In this document: positions 1 to 9,465 of the stretch, in pieces
Layout: each line of letters begins with the position of its first letter
How positions within the stretch are numbered: the first letter of the stretch is position 1
IMG/VR virus record: IMGVR_UViG_3300006127_001273
Span: 1-64,000 of that record
Source of the DNA: a virus
Lineage: Duplodnaviria > Caudoviricetes
Direction: 5' to 3' (one strand)
DNA length: 64,000 bases
Translations under genes and position numbers: made by a program
Notes under the pieces: model-generated
What the model saw: the letters and a program-made list of their open reading frames with translations, nothing else
What the model was told of the DNA's origin: nothing
Database searches by the model: none

Positions 1-1309
1 ATCTGTTAACTGCAATACTAGTAGTTCCTAAGTTAAACGAACTAGATGTATAAAAGCCATTTGTAACAGTACCAGCATTACCATCAATACTGACACCAGT
101 TAATGTTTGACTTGCACTTGCTCGACCTAACGAAATACTAGTAGTTCCGACATAAAAACTACTATTTGCTAATGCACTATTTGGAATAGCCGTAAACCCG
201 GTTCCGATAGATCCACTCGTTAGCGCACCTACTGTTGTTAAATTAGCACTTCCGGCCCAGGTACTTAATTTTGTATTTTCAACATTACTTAATCCCACCA
301 TTGTAGCAGTAATACCACTAACAGTACCAGTAAATGTTGGGCTTGCTAATGGTGCTTTTTTAGTGTCTAATTCTGCAATTGCAGCTTGAACATTTGTAGA
401 TGCTACATTACCAGTCGGAGTAAATGTAATCCCTGATGCTGTACTGCTAATAGAGCCCCATACAACATTAACACCATCATTAGTAAGGTATTTTCCAATA
501 TTTCCTGTTAGACTTGGGAATCCTATACTTGCGGGAGAAACCCAACTAGTACTAGTTCCGTCAGTTGTGAGATATTTTCCAGTGTTATTTGCCTGTGCAG
601 GAAGAACTTTGGAATCAGATAAACTAGTAATCCAAGAGGGATTTGCATATGATCCAGTAGTATAAACCCCATTTGTAACAGTACCGGCATTACCATCAAT
701 ACTAATCCCAGTTAATGTTTGACTTGCACTTGATCTATTAACTGTAATACTAGTAGTTCCTAAATTAAACGAACTAGATGTATAAAATCCATTTGTAACA
801 GTTCCAGCATTACCATCAATGCTAACACCAGTTAATGCTAAACTTCCACTTGATCGATTAATAGCAACCGATGTCGTTCCGATATAGAATGGTTGGTTAT
901 TTAATGCTAATGTACCAGAAGACGATGGGAGCGTAAACGTAGTCGAATCAGTTCCTTGGAAGGTTATCGTATTACTAATAGTTACAACTTTTCCATCAGC
1001 AATTGTAAGTGTAGAACCGTTAGTAGGTGCTGTAATTGTTAATTTATTGATACTAGATGCAGATGCTGCACCTAATGTAGGAGCAACTAATACTGGATTA
1101 TTGCTGTACACAAGATTACCTGTTCCAGTAACCCCAGCAGTTGATGTACCTGTTAATGAAGAAACAAGCACACTGATCGAATTCTCAAAAGCGGTTAATT
1201 GTGTAACGGTTGCATATTGCGATAAGTCAGGATTATACGCGCTCTGCTCAACAGTACTATAAGAATTTAATACTGTAGCAACCTGTGACTGTAATGTAGT
1301 ATAATCCAT
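1..1309 (-). CDS. Tail fibre-like protein, N-terminal part (runs off window start; not in ORF track)
   Basis: Manual translation from ATG at 1309 (GAGG upstream): MDYTTLQSQVATVLNSY...; Thr/Ser/Gly-rich with repeated SIDGNAGTVTNG(F/V)YT and GKYLTxDG motifs shared with the 2070-aa fibre; TAAATA at 1334-1339 (minus). Confidence 0.8.
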   Translation of the reverse strand, partial: MDYTTLQSQVATVLNSYSTVEQSAYNPDLSQYATVTQLTAFENSISVLVSSLTGTSTAGVTGTGNLVYSNNPVLVAPTLGAASASSINKLTITAPTNGSTLTIADGKVVTISNTITFQGTDSTTFTLPSSSGTLALNNQPFYIGTTSVAINRSSGSLALTGVSIDGNAGTVTNGFYTSSSFNLGTTSITVNRSSASQTLTGISIDGNAGTVTNGVYTTGSYANPSWITSLSDSKVLPAQANNTGKYLTTDGTSTSWVSPASIGFPSLTGNIGKYLTNDGVNVVWGSISSTASGITFTPTGNVASTNVQAAIAELDTKKAPLASPTFTGTVSGITATMVGLSNVENTKLSTWAGSANLTTVGALTSGSIGTGFTAIPNSALANSSFYVGTTSISLGRASASQTLTGVSIDGNAGTVTNGFYTSSSFNLGTTSIAVNR

Positions 1310-1373
1310 AAACAACAACCTCAATTTATATCTTATTTACCGCTTTAATTTCATCGGTTATTATATATAATGT

Positions 1374-2216
1374 ATGATTATTGTTACTGGTGCATCGGGA
1401 TTTATTGGATCTAATTTAATTAAAGAGTTGTTAAATCGAGGGGAGCGTAATATTCGAGCTATCGATTATGAAACTAGAAACTATAATCCAACTGTTATAT
1501 TTTCCCCTGCCGATGACTTTTATAGTAATTTAGATCAGTATTGTAAAGGAGTGACTGCAATATTTCATGAAGGAGCAATATCGTCTACTACAGAAACTGA
1601 TTGGAAGAAATTATTTGATAGAAATGTTAGATGCACATGGAATTTGATTTACTACTGTAGAGATAACAACATTCCATTACAATACGCATCGTCTGCGTCA
1701 GTATATGGTAATCCATCCGTAGAAGAGTGGCATAATCCCAACAAAAAAATGAACCCGTTAAATCTATACGCTAAGTCAAAACAACAAATTGATTATGTTG
1801 CCGATTTAGTAATAAACAGTAGTCACACACCAACTTTGTTACAAGGGTTAAGATACTTTAATGTATATGGTCCAAACGAAGATCACAAAGGAAACCAATC
1901 TAGTCCTCACTATAAATTTCAAAAACAATTTGACAAAACGGGTACCATTACACTATTCGAAGGATCAAAAGAGTTTTATAGAGATTTTATATCAGTCAAA
2001 GAAGTTATTGATCAAAAATTGTATCACTTTGAAAATAGCAAGTCGGGCATATATGATATCGGAACAGGGAACCCAAGATCATTTTACGATATTGCAATAG
2101 AAATTTGCAAATCAGACGATTACATTAATTGGATTCCTATGCCCGAAAATTTAAAAGAACATTACCAAAAGTATACTTGTGCTATTCGATCCGATAAATC
2201 CCATTTTCAGCGTTAA
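1374..2216 (+). CDS. hldD: ADP-L-glycero-D-manno-heptose 6-epimerase (extended SDR), C-terminally shortened
   Basis: MIIVTGASGFIGSN NAD(P) motif, HEGAISSTTE, YASSASVYG, YxxxK (YAKSK), GLRYFNVYGPNEDHKG, RDFISV: all typical of HldD/RfaD. Confidence 0.88.
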   Translation: MIIVTGASGFIGSNLIKELLNRGERNIRAIDYETRNYNPTVIFSPADDFYSNLDQYCKGVTAIFHEGAISSTTETDWKKLFDRNVRCTWNLIYYCRDNNIPLQYASSASVYGNPSVEEWHNPNKKMNPLNLYAKSKQQIDYVADLVINSSHTPTLLQGLRYFNVYGPNEDHKGNQSSPHYKFQKQFDKTGTITLFEGSKEFYRDFISVKEVIDQKLYHFENSKSGIYDIGTGNPRSFYDIAIEICKSDDYINWIPMPENLKEHYQKYTCAIRSDKSHFQR

Positions 2217-2889
2217 CTCCTTCTACATGGATCGGATTCATCGACACTGCATTATCATGGGGAATATACAGATGATGGCACCGTTCCCAATTGCACATAG
2301 GCTTGCCAAATTCTTTGATCATTGTTAAAAAACAATTCTTAACAATCGAAGCATAATCATAAAATAATGTGGGACAGAAAGAAAATAATCTAGTTTCAAA
2401 ATATGTAACTGTTTCTCTGTGATTCTCAAAATTGTCAACACTCACATCCCAGTCATTAATTCTAAACGCATACTTCCCTTCAAATTTAGGATCATCATAT
2501 TCTGTAATGTCAAAACTTTCTGCTAACCTGTACCTTGCAGCAATTTTGAAAATTCTCTTGCCCACGATTGGTAATTGTTCAAGTTTCGTCAATGCACAAA
2601 ACATTAACATTGCTTCGCCTAATCCTTTAGATCCAACACCGTTAGTGAAAACTGTAAAAAGATTAGGTTCCATATATTCACAATAATCTGCAAACGATTC
2701 TAATTGACTCTTCTGTTCATCGGTTAACGGATCAATAGAGTTATCGACAAACACTATTTGTACATTTTCAACCTTTCTTCTAATCGAATTTAATGTTTCA
2801 AGTGTTTCATAGAATCGTTTTTCGTTTTCCACAACACCAATTGATGCATTTATTGTTGAACAAACTATAAAGGTGTAACCGTCATTCAC
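2182..2889 (-). CDS. Hypothetical protein, possibly glycosyltransferase-related
   Basis: 235 aa; IVFVDNS, KGLGE, RIFKIAARY motifs; last gene of a glycosyltransferase operon. Confidence 0.5.
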   Translation of the reverse strand: MNDGYTFIVCSTINASIGVVENEKRFYETLETLNSIRRKVENVQIVFVDNSIDPLTDEQKSQLESFADYCEYMEPNLFTVFTNGVGSKGLGEAMLMFCALTKLEQLPIVGKRIFKIAARYRLAESFDITEYDDPKFEGKYAFRINDWDVSVDNFENHRETVTYFETRLFSFCPTLFYDYASIVKNCFLTMIKEFGKPMCNWERCHHLYIPHDNAVSMNPIHVEGVNAENGIYRIE

Positions 2890-4298
2890 AATAGAAACTC
2901 CTGCTGAATGAATGCTTTAGCTTCTGCCATCGGTTCGTCCCATACTTTTGGTCTTACTTGCCTAAAGAATCTAAAGTTATCTCCATACCATAGGCTAGTA
3001 TATGGAGGTCTGTTCTCGGGCTTTGTTAGATATGTAAAATATGCAGCAATCGGAACAAACACTACAGTCTTAGTACCTACTGCACCTGCTAAATGCACCA
3101 CCGAAGTACACGTAGATACAACAATATCTAAGTTTTCAATTAGTGCAAGTGTATCATCAAACGAATTGATCTGGGATGCAACATCGATTAACTCGGGACA
3201 TTTTCTTGCTTCTTCTTCTCCGTCACCTTTTTGTAATGAATAATATTCTACATCATAACCTTCAAATGTGTCGTGCAGGAAATTCATCATGTTATCAAGT
3301 TCAATATGTCGATACAATAATTGATTGTTTCGCATATTACCGATAAACCTAACACCCACTTTAAGTTTTTTAGATTCCTTAACCCATTGCCATTTTTCTC
3401 TTGCTTGATCAGATGCCCAAAGGTAATGCTCGGTTATCATGTCCTCGGGCTTCATGTTTAGATATAAAGGAACTTCGAATGCAAAACACCATAATGCATC
3501 TTTGTCTTCAACATCTTCCCACCGAGTTACTGAAGTATATCCGCACCGATTAAAAATGTCCACAACGTCTTGACTTGCAGTGCAATATATAGGATTAAAA
3601 CCAGCTTTTTTAAGTTTTTGCCAATAGGAAATTGCAATAAAAGAATCACCAAATCCTCCGCCGGACATATACATGATTAAAGTTTTGCCGGGGAACACTC
3701 CACCATTCCAATACTTTAATGGGATTTCTTTATTGTTAAACCATAGATCTAACTTCTTTACATTGATCAAGAAACCGCCTAATCCTTTTAGAAAATGGCC
3801 AGCTTCCATGTCATATGTTCCTAAATTGAAATTCACAACATTTCGATGCCGTTCTCCGAGTAAATGTTCGTTGGCTTTTAGTTCCCGGAGTATTTGTTCT
3901 GCAGGGTCCTTTTGTCCGTTAAGAAAATATGAAAACACCATTTCCAACAACGTATCTGGATTATTTGGATTTACTGCTAAATTCTGCTCTGAATATACTA
4001 GCGATTTAACAGGGTCATTAAAGTTATTGTACATCTTACCTAAGTTCGACCGTACATTATATCGTTGTTCATCCGTTTCACACATCTCTAAAGTTTTTAA
4101 TGAATAGAGTTCTGCCTTTTCGTAATTCCTTACATCATAATAAAGTTTAGCGATACAGTTAATTGCTTCTATATGAATTGCTGCCGAAGCAAACGCATCA
4201 ATAACTTGCTCTGCTAGAGGCTCTAATTGACCTTTAATTAATTGTTTAACCACAAAAACTAACGGGTCATTTTCGCCGTACGTATCATTCTGATCCAT
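2886..4298 (-). CDS. TPR-repeat + GT9-like (heptosyltransferase-like, GT-B) glycosyltransferase
   Basis: N-terminal helical TPR-like repeats (AKLYYDVRNYEKAE, NLGKMY, NPNNPDTLLEM); GFGD motif; C-terminal SFDDTLALIENLDIVVSTCTSVVHLAGAVG matches GT9 signature. Confidence 0.75.
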   Translation of the reverse strand: MDQNDTYGENDPLVFVVKQLIKGQLEPLAEQVIDAFASAAIHIEAINCIAKLYYDVRNYEKAELYSLKTLEMCETDEQRYNVRSNLGKMYNNFNDPVKSLVYSEQNLAVNPNNPDTLLEMVFSYFLNGQKDPAEQILRELKANEHLLGERHRNVVNFNLGTYDMEAGHFLKGLGGFLINVKKLDLWFNNKEIPLKYWNGGVFPGKTLIMYMSGGGFGDSFIAISYWQKLKKAGFNPIYCTASQDVVDIFNRCGYTSVTRWEDVEDKDALWCFAFEVPLYLNMKPEDMITEHYLWASDQAREKWQWVKESKKLKVGVRFIGNMRNNQLLYRHIELDNMMNFLHDTFEGYDVEYYSLQKGDGEEEARKCPELIDVASQINSFDDTLALIENLDIVVSTCTSVVHLAGAVGTKTVVFVPIAAYFTYLTKPENRPPYTSLWYGDNFRFFRQVRPKVWDEPMAEAKAFIQQEFLL

Positions 4299-4307
4299 TT
4301 TTATTCC

Positions 4308-5036
4308 TTATAAAACTAATTGGCCTTTGTATGTTGTTTCATAACAATTATGCCAAAATCTCTTTAGTGTGCCTTTACCTTCGAGAACATGAAACGGTAA
4401 AGTGTGTATCATCTCTCGTCCGTTGTAATAATATACAAGGTCCGGGCCTCGATCTAATGCTGCCGCAAAGTGAGAAACTCCTGTACTTCCGCCTATAAAA
4501 ATCTCAGCTTCCATGATGTGATTTATATTACTCATAAAATCAATACTAAGAGAAAAGTCGTGCATATTAATGTCTGTCTGTGGAATATCCTTTGCACAAA
4601 CTAATTTTTGATAGGTTGGATAGTTTTCCGAATATTCTCTTAAAATCGAATCTAATAGTTTATCGGGCCAATTTCTATGTACATGATAGTCTGCATCATA
4701 GATCGGAAACACTACAATTTTCTTCTTAGTTTCCTTTGTGTTCTTAATCGAAACTACATCACCGCAGATGTCTCTGAAATCCCATAACATCAACTCATGG
4801 TATGGGAGATCTTGGAATCCTTCCTCATCAGAAAAGCAATCAGTGTGTTTTTTTAAAAAATCATAAAACGTTCTACAATAATCTTGATTAACAATTACAT
4901 TCGGGTTTATATGTAATTTAATATCGGAGTTGTTTTCTTGAATTCTAAACCATTGAAGAAAGTTTATTATGGCAATCATATCCCCGTTACGAATACCATA
5001 GTTATTAAAAGTTCCGGGCCAGACATTATAAATCAT
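4308..5036 (-). CDS. GT9-like glycosyltransferase
   Basis: RNGD near N-terminus, HRNWP, and IMEAEIFIGGSTGVSHFAAAL resembling the GT9 DSGxxHxAAA motif. Confidence 0.6.
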   Translation of the reverse strand: MIYNVWPGTFNNYGIRNGDMIAIINFLQWFRIQENNSDIKLHINPNVIVNQDYCRTFYDFLKKHTDCFSDEEGFQDLPYHELMLWDFRDICGDVVSIKNTKETKKKIVVFPIYDADYHVHRNWPDKLLDSILREYSENYPTYQKLVCAKDIPQTDINMHDFSLSIDFMSNINHIMEAEIFIGGSTGVSHFAAALDRGPDLVYYYNGREMIHTLPFHVLEGKGTLKRFWHNCYETTYKGQLVL

Positions 5037-5084
5037 ACTGTATTTTATGCTTTATTGCGCTAGCCTTGTTCGTTATTGAACTTT

Positions 5085-5092
5085 GATAAATA
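5085..5092 (+). promoter_or_regulatory. T4-like late promoter (GATAAATA)
   Basis: TAAATA core 18 nt upstream of a structural gene; same core recurs before many structural/late genes. Confidence 0.55.
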
Positions 5093-5110
5093 CTGAAAAA
5101 GAGATTCACC

Positions 5111-6607
5111 ATGAGTAAACCATTCGATATCCAAAACGACAAAGTCATCATTACTACACTAAATCTTAAGAATTTAGAAGGTGCTATAACACATGCAGGT
5201 TCGCTAGAAGTGTTAGGAAATGCAAATCTTCGAAGCAATGTTAACGTAGTTGGAACACTTACTGTTGGAACACTTAAAGTAGATAATTTACTTTCTAATA
5301 ACGGTCCACAACAGACTATTACTAATTGGAACGCTAACAACGAACAAGATCTTAACGGAAAAGGTTTTAGTTGGACGTGGAAATCAGATTCTGCAAATTT
5401 AATGTATCGAGCAGGGAAACATTTATGGACTAACTGCGATTTAGATCTTGCAGCGGGACAAACATACAAAATTAGTGACATCGATGTAATTGGATATGAC
5501 TTCTTAGGAACTCAAGTTAGCAAGAGTAATTTAACACAAGTAGGCACATTAGAATCATTGGAAGTTTCGGGCGATGCAACATTTGGACAATTTGCCTTTT
5601 TCAATGAAGCAACTAGTCGATTAGGATTAAACACTGATCAACCAAATGGCGTGTTAAGTGTTTCAGAAAATAATGTCGAATTTATTATCGGTGCTCCTAA
5701 TTACGGTGCTGCTACTATCGGAACTTATACTAATAGTGATGTGTTGTTCGTTAGTGATAACACACCTAGATTTACTTTAAAAAATACCGGCGAAGTTATA
5801 TTCGGTAACGCAATAACAAATTCAGCAGTAGTAACAATTAATGGTACTCTTAACGTAACTACGCTTTTATCAGATACTAGACTTGATAGATTTAGCCCGT
5901 TAGAATTTAAACCAAATGGCGGATCGTCAATTTATGGATTAGGATTGGTATGGACTGGAACATCGACTCCGACTAGATTAGTTATGATGCCGGATCCGGA
6001 TCGATTGTTTAGTACCGAATCTATCGATATCGATGCAAACCAATCATACTATGTAAACGGAAAGGCAGTTTTATCTGAAACTGAACTAGGCGCATCAATT
6101 GTTAGCTCAAATCTTTCTAAGTTAGGAACATTGTCTTCATTATTAGTTAGCGGTGATGCAACATTCGGTGGTAAGGTTAATGCACAGTTTGGTATTACTT
6201 TACCGCTATCGAACGATAATAGCTCAACAACTATTGTTGGTAATAATCTTAACACTAGTAAATCTTTCTCAATCTCTGTAGGATTAGATACTACATTTTA
6301 TACTGATTCGGGAAATGTTTCATTAGGTAATAAATTAAACACCAACCGTACTATTAACTTATATGGACAAGTTGGTATTGGATTATCAAGTATTGATTCA
6401 TCAGTTGGGTTAGATGTTGCAAGTAATATTCGATTCGCTGGTAAGAAATTTGTTACCGGTAATTCTGCGCCATTGCAAGGATCATTTGTAAAAGGAGATA
6501 TTTGTTGGAATCAAAACCCAATTCCTGGTAGTTATATTGGGTGGGTTTGCATTGCCAACGGTGGTCCAGGACAATGGGCACCATTCGGTTCCATCTCTCA
6601 ACAATGA
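5111..6607 (+). CDS. Virion structural protein (tail/fibre-like, beta-rich)
   Basis: 498 aa; duplicated module (SNLTQVGTLESLEVSGDATFG / SNLSKLGTLSSLLVSGDATFG); C-terminal GDICWNQNP..GWVC..GPGQWAPFG typical of tail proteins; late promoter upstream. Confidence 0.6.
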   Translation: MSKPFDIQNDKVIITTLNLKNLEGAITHAGSLEVLGNANLRSNVNVVGTLTVGTLKVDNLLSNNGPQQTITNWNANNEQDLNGKGFSWTWKSDSANLMYRAGKHLWTNCDLDLAAGQTYKISDIDVIGYDFLGTQVSKSNLTQVGTLESLEVSGDATFGQFAFFNEATSRLGLNTDQPNGVLSVSENNVEFIIGAPNYGAATIGTYTNSDVLFVSDNTPRFTLKNTGEVIFGNAITNSAVVTINGTLNVTTLLSDTRLDRFSPLEFKPNGGSSIYGLGLVWTGTSTPTRLVMMPDPDRLFSTESIDIDANQSYYVNGKAVLSETELGASIVSSNLSKLGTLSSLLVSGDATFGGKVNAQFGITLPLSNDNSSTTIVGNNLNTSKSFSISVGLDTTFYTDSGNVSLGNKLNTNRTINLYGQVGIGLSSIDSSVGLDVASNIRFAGKKFVTGNSAPLQGSFVKGDICWNQNPIPGSYIGWVCIANGGPGQWAPFGSISQQ

Positions 6608-6960
6608 ATCAAGAAATTAATCATATATTAATTCAACACGAGAAAGATATAAATCGTATTAGCAATCAACGACGACTATGGTCATATGCTAGTTCGGTAG
6701 TATTCTGCGTACTTATTTTTTTAATTTTTGGGTGGGATTGGCTCTCAACATTAACATCAAAAAAACTTTGGTGGGTGATTGTTAGTTTGATGATTATTAT
6801 TTCTATTAATTGGTGGTATTGGACAATGCGTGTTATTCGTATTATTCTCAAATACCAACACATTGAATACGACCTTCTTAAAAGCATTCTGTATGATGTG
6901 CAAACAATTCGAGTAGAAATAAGAGATTTAACTAATCAAGTATTTGACAAACGTAAGTAA
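6604..6960 (+). CDS. Small membrane protein (2 TM)
   Basis: ATG at 6604 overlaps upstream stop (ATGA); two hydrophobic Trp-rich segments then a coiled-coil tail. Confidence 0.6.
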   Translation: MNQEINHILIQHEKDINRISNQRRLWSYASSVVFCVLIFLIFGWDWLSTLTSKKLWWVIVSLMIIISINWWYWTMRVIRIILKYQHIEYDLLKSILYDVQTIRVEIRDLTNQVFDKRK

Positions 6961-6971
6961 TCCTGTATAAT
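6944..6971 (+). promoter_or_regulatory. sigma70-type promoter for queD
   Basis: TTGACA (6944-6949), 16 nt spacer, TATAAT (6966-6971); GAGG RBS follows. Confidence 0.65.
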
Positions 6972-6994
6972 TAACTCATATCATTGAGGTAATT

Positions 6995-7543
6995 ATGACT
7001 TGGATTATAGATAAAACGATTGAATGTTGCTACGGACATAGAGTATGGACTCAGCAACTTAACGGCGAATATGCAGCCGATCTCAAATGCGCTTGCAGAC
7101 ACTTACACGGACACGAAGGTAAGATTCAAATACATCTCTGTGCATCCGAACTCGATCAAACCGGAATGGTCACTGACTTTAGGCATTTAGAATGGCTAAA
7201 AAAGTGGGTTAATACCTATATTGATCATCAATTCATTATTGATCGCAATGATCCGCTGTATAACCGGTTAGTCGGAAAAGATACGCCGTTGATACCAGTA
7301 TATGTTCCAGATACCAACTATATCACAGGATGGCATATCGATCCACTGTTTTATGAAGATCTAGATGGACACGACTTTGAAATGTTTGAAGGATTTATGG
7401 TTGTTGACTTTGTTCCTACTAGTGAGAATCTTAGTAAATGGATGGCCGATTTAGTTGAAGAAAAAATGAAGAAACTCGGAGTTACAGTTCACAGCGTAGA
7501 ATGGTGGGAAACTCCTAAGAGCCGTTCTGTATACTACCGTTGA
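6995..7543 (+). CDS. queD: 6-carboxy-5,6,7,8-tetrahydropterin synthase (QueD/PTPS)
   Basis: GHR, CRHLHGH (CxxxHGH), GMVTDF, IDH, PTSENL, ETPKS motifs. Confidence 0.88.
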   Translation: MTWIIDKTIECCYGHRVWTQQLNGEYAADLKCACRHLHGHEGKIQIHLCASELDQTGMVTDFRHLEWLKKWVNTYIDHQFIIDRNDPLYNRLVGKDTPLIPVYVPDTNYITGWHIDPLFYEDLDGHDFEMFEGFMVVDFVPTSENLSKWMADLVEEKMKKLGVTVHSVEWWETPKSRSVYYR

Positions 7544-7568
7544 CATTATTACAAAATTACACTATAAT
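7540..7568 (+). promoter_or_regulatory. sigma70 promoter, probably giving a leaderless uvsE mRNA
   Basis: TTGACA (7540-7545), 17 nt spacer, TATAAT (7563-7568); ATG 6 nt later; no SD. Confidence 0.7.
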
Positions 7569-7574
7569 ATACGC

Positions 7575-8648
7575 ATGACTAACAAAATTGGCTTTGCTTG
7601 TAAATGGATCGATCATGCCGGACAGGTCGACGGAATTAAACCCACAGACGACTGTAAAAAGTATAATACAGGTACTACCACAGTTGCCTGGCTTAAGAGG
7701 CAATCTCGTTCGGTTGCCGAGGACAAATTATGGTCCTTAATGAAACAGAACATCGAAGCAACTCGCAAATTAGTACAGCGAGTAGGAGAATTAGATGAAC
7801 ATCTTCGAATGGTGCGGATTAGCAGCGACTTATTACCTGTCTATACTCACGATGACTTTAAGTATTTCTATAATCAACCAGATGTACAAGAGTACGCGGC
7901 TCGGCATTTTCACGAAATTGGAGTTATTAGCCGCAATTGTAATGTCCGTTTGTCTTTTCATCCTGGGCAGTTTTGTGTTATGGCATCAGACAATGATGAT
8001 ATTGTCAAACGTTCTATAGAAGAATTCGAATATCATGTAGACATGGCTAGATGGATGGGCTACGGTAAAACATTCCAGGATTTTAAAATTAACGTTCATA
8101 TCTCCGGTAGACAAGGCCCCGACGGTATTCGTAAGGCATATAAAAAACTTAGTCCCGAGGCTAGAAACTGTTTAACAATCGAAAACGAGGAGAATTCACA
8201 TGGTTTGGACGATTGTCTCAGCCTTAGCGATTTTGTACCTATTGTGCTTGATATTCATCATCACTTTGTTCGCGAAGGAGAATATATTAGTCTTAACGAT
8301 GATCGAGTAGCAAGAGTTATTGATAGTTGGCGTGGGGTTAGGCCAACTTGTCATTATTCAGTTAGTCGTGAAGAATTAGTTTCATCTCACTACCCATCTA
8401 GTCTTCCTGATCGAGATAAGTTGATAGAATTAGGAATCAATAAACAAAAATTACGAGCTCATTCTGATTTTATGTGGAACCGTGAATCTAACGAATGGGC
8501 ACTTCAGCATGTAGATTGGGCAGATATAATGGTCGAAGCGAAAGCAAAAAATCTTGCAAGTTTCTCATTATATGAGTTCTGGAAAGGCTTGAAAAATCCC
8601 GTGAGTTCGATTCTTGAGTCGGAAACACACTCCTCTTCCGATTCCTAA
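7575..8648 (+). CDS. uvsE: UV-damage endonuclease (UvsE/UVDE family)
   Basis: IGFAC, RISSDLLP, RLSFHPGQF, NVHISG, LTIENEE, LDIHHH, HYS, RAHSDF, DIMVEAKAK. Confidence 0.9.
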   Translation: MTNKIGFACKWIDHAGQVDGIKPTDDCKKYNTGTTTVAWLKRQSRSVAEDKLWSLMKQNIEATRKLVQRVGELDEHLRMVRISSDLLPVYTHDDFKYFYNQPDVQEYAARHFHEIGVISRNCNVRLSFHPGQFCVMASDNDDIVKRSIEEFEYHVDMARWMGYGKTFQDFKINVHISGRQGPDGIRKAYKKLSPEARNCLTIENEENSHGLDDCLSLSDFVPIVLDIHHHFVREGEYISLNDDRVARVIDSWRGVRPTCHYSVSREELVSSHYPSSLPDRDKLIELGINKQKLRAHSDFMWNRESNEWALQHVDWADIMVEAKAKNLASFSLYEFWKGLKNPVSSILESETHSSSDS

Positions 8649-9203
8649 CTCTTTACTAACATTATCTGCTGATTTACCATTATCCATTAACTTGATAGCA
8701 GTTTTATACAAATCGTAATTATCTCGATTTTTTCCTTCTAATATGGCGAGCTTTCTCTCTTTTGTACACGGTTTCTTTTTTCCGTACATTGGATTATTAT
8801 CGCCTTGTTTTGATAATGACAGATTATGTCGCCATTCGTCAGTTCGCGGAATACCTTTAAGTCCTCTGCTTCTTTTTTCAAGAGTAGATGTTGAAGGTTT
8901 CCATCCTTGCCGACTCGGGGGGCGAGCTCCAACTACAATATTGGTAAGATTTTTTAGACCTATAGATTCTGTAAGGTGTTCTTCATAATCATAAGCATCA
9001 CTTTCTATATCAAAATACTGTACAATATCAACAATCGGTTCTAATCCGTGTCGATGTAAATCTTTAATATATTCATCTTTGTAAGGATTTTTATTTCCAT
9101 CTTTAAAATTGTTGTGAGTCCATGCTCTAGTACCAGAACCTTTGCCAATATAAAAAGGTTGATTTGAACGAGGATCTAATAATTTATATACATAGTATTT
9201 CAT
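8568..9203 (-). mobile_element. Free-standing GIY-YIG (LEM-3-like) homing endonuclease with NUMOD3-like repeats
   Basis: YYVYKLLDPR..PFYIGKGSGTRA, AYDYE, LTN catalytic pattern; NLSLSKQGDNNPMYGKK NUMOD3-like; C-terminal HTH-like; ATG at 9203 preceded by TAAATA. Confidence 0.8.
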
Positions 9204-9248
9204 GTTATTATTTATTCTTTTGATGAATGTCGAATACAAAAATACATA

Positions 9249-9276
9249 TTGACTTTAACTCTATGTATGTTATAAT
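9249..9276 (+). promoter_or_regulatory. sigma70 promoter (extended -10)
   Basis: TTGACT (9249-9254), 16 nt spacer, TGnTATAAT (-10 at 9271-9276). Confidence 0.6.
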
Positions 9277-9303
9277 ACAATTTTAACTTACTAAACATAT
9301 TCT

Positions 9304-9465
9304 ATGAAAGTGATAGCAGAGGTTATTAAATCTCTAACATTCTTTGTTGTATTATTCTTAATTGTAGTATCTACACCAATTGGTATTCTCTATCTAATTG
9401 AACCACGTGCTATTCCTGATAATAGCGTTGCTGGAATGGTAATACTAATGTTAAAAGGAATGTAA
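9304..9465 (+). CDS. Small hydrophobic protein (53 aa, below ORF-track cutoff)
   Basis: MKVIAEVIKSLTFFVVLFLIVVSTPIGILYLIEPR...; downstream of a promoter; stop overlaps next ATG (TAATG). Confidence 0.5.
   Translation: MKVIAEVIKSLTFFVVLFLIVVSTPIGILYLIEPRAIPDNSVAGMVILMLKGM

Noticed and set aside
1047-1262. Plus-strand 71-aa ORF in the track
   Set aside because: Antisense to the real minus-strand fibre gene starting at 1309
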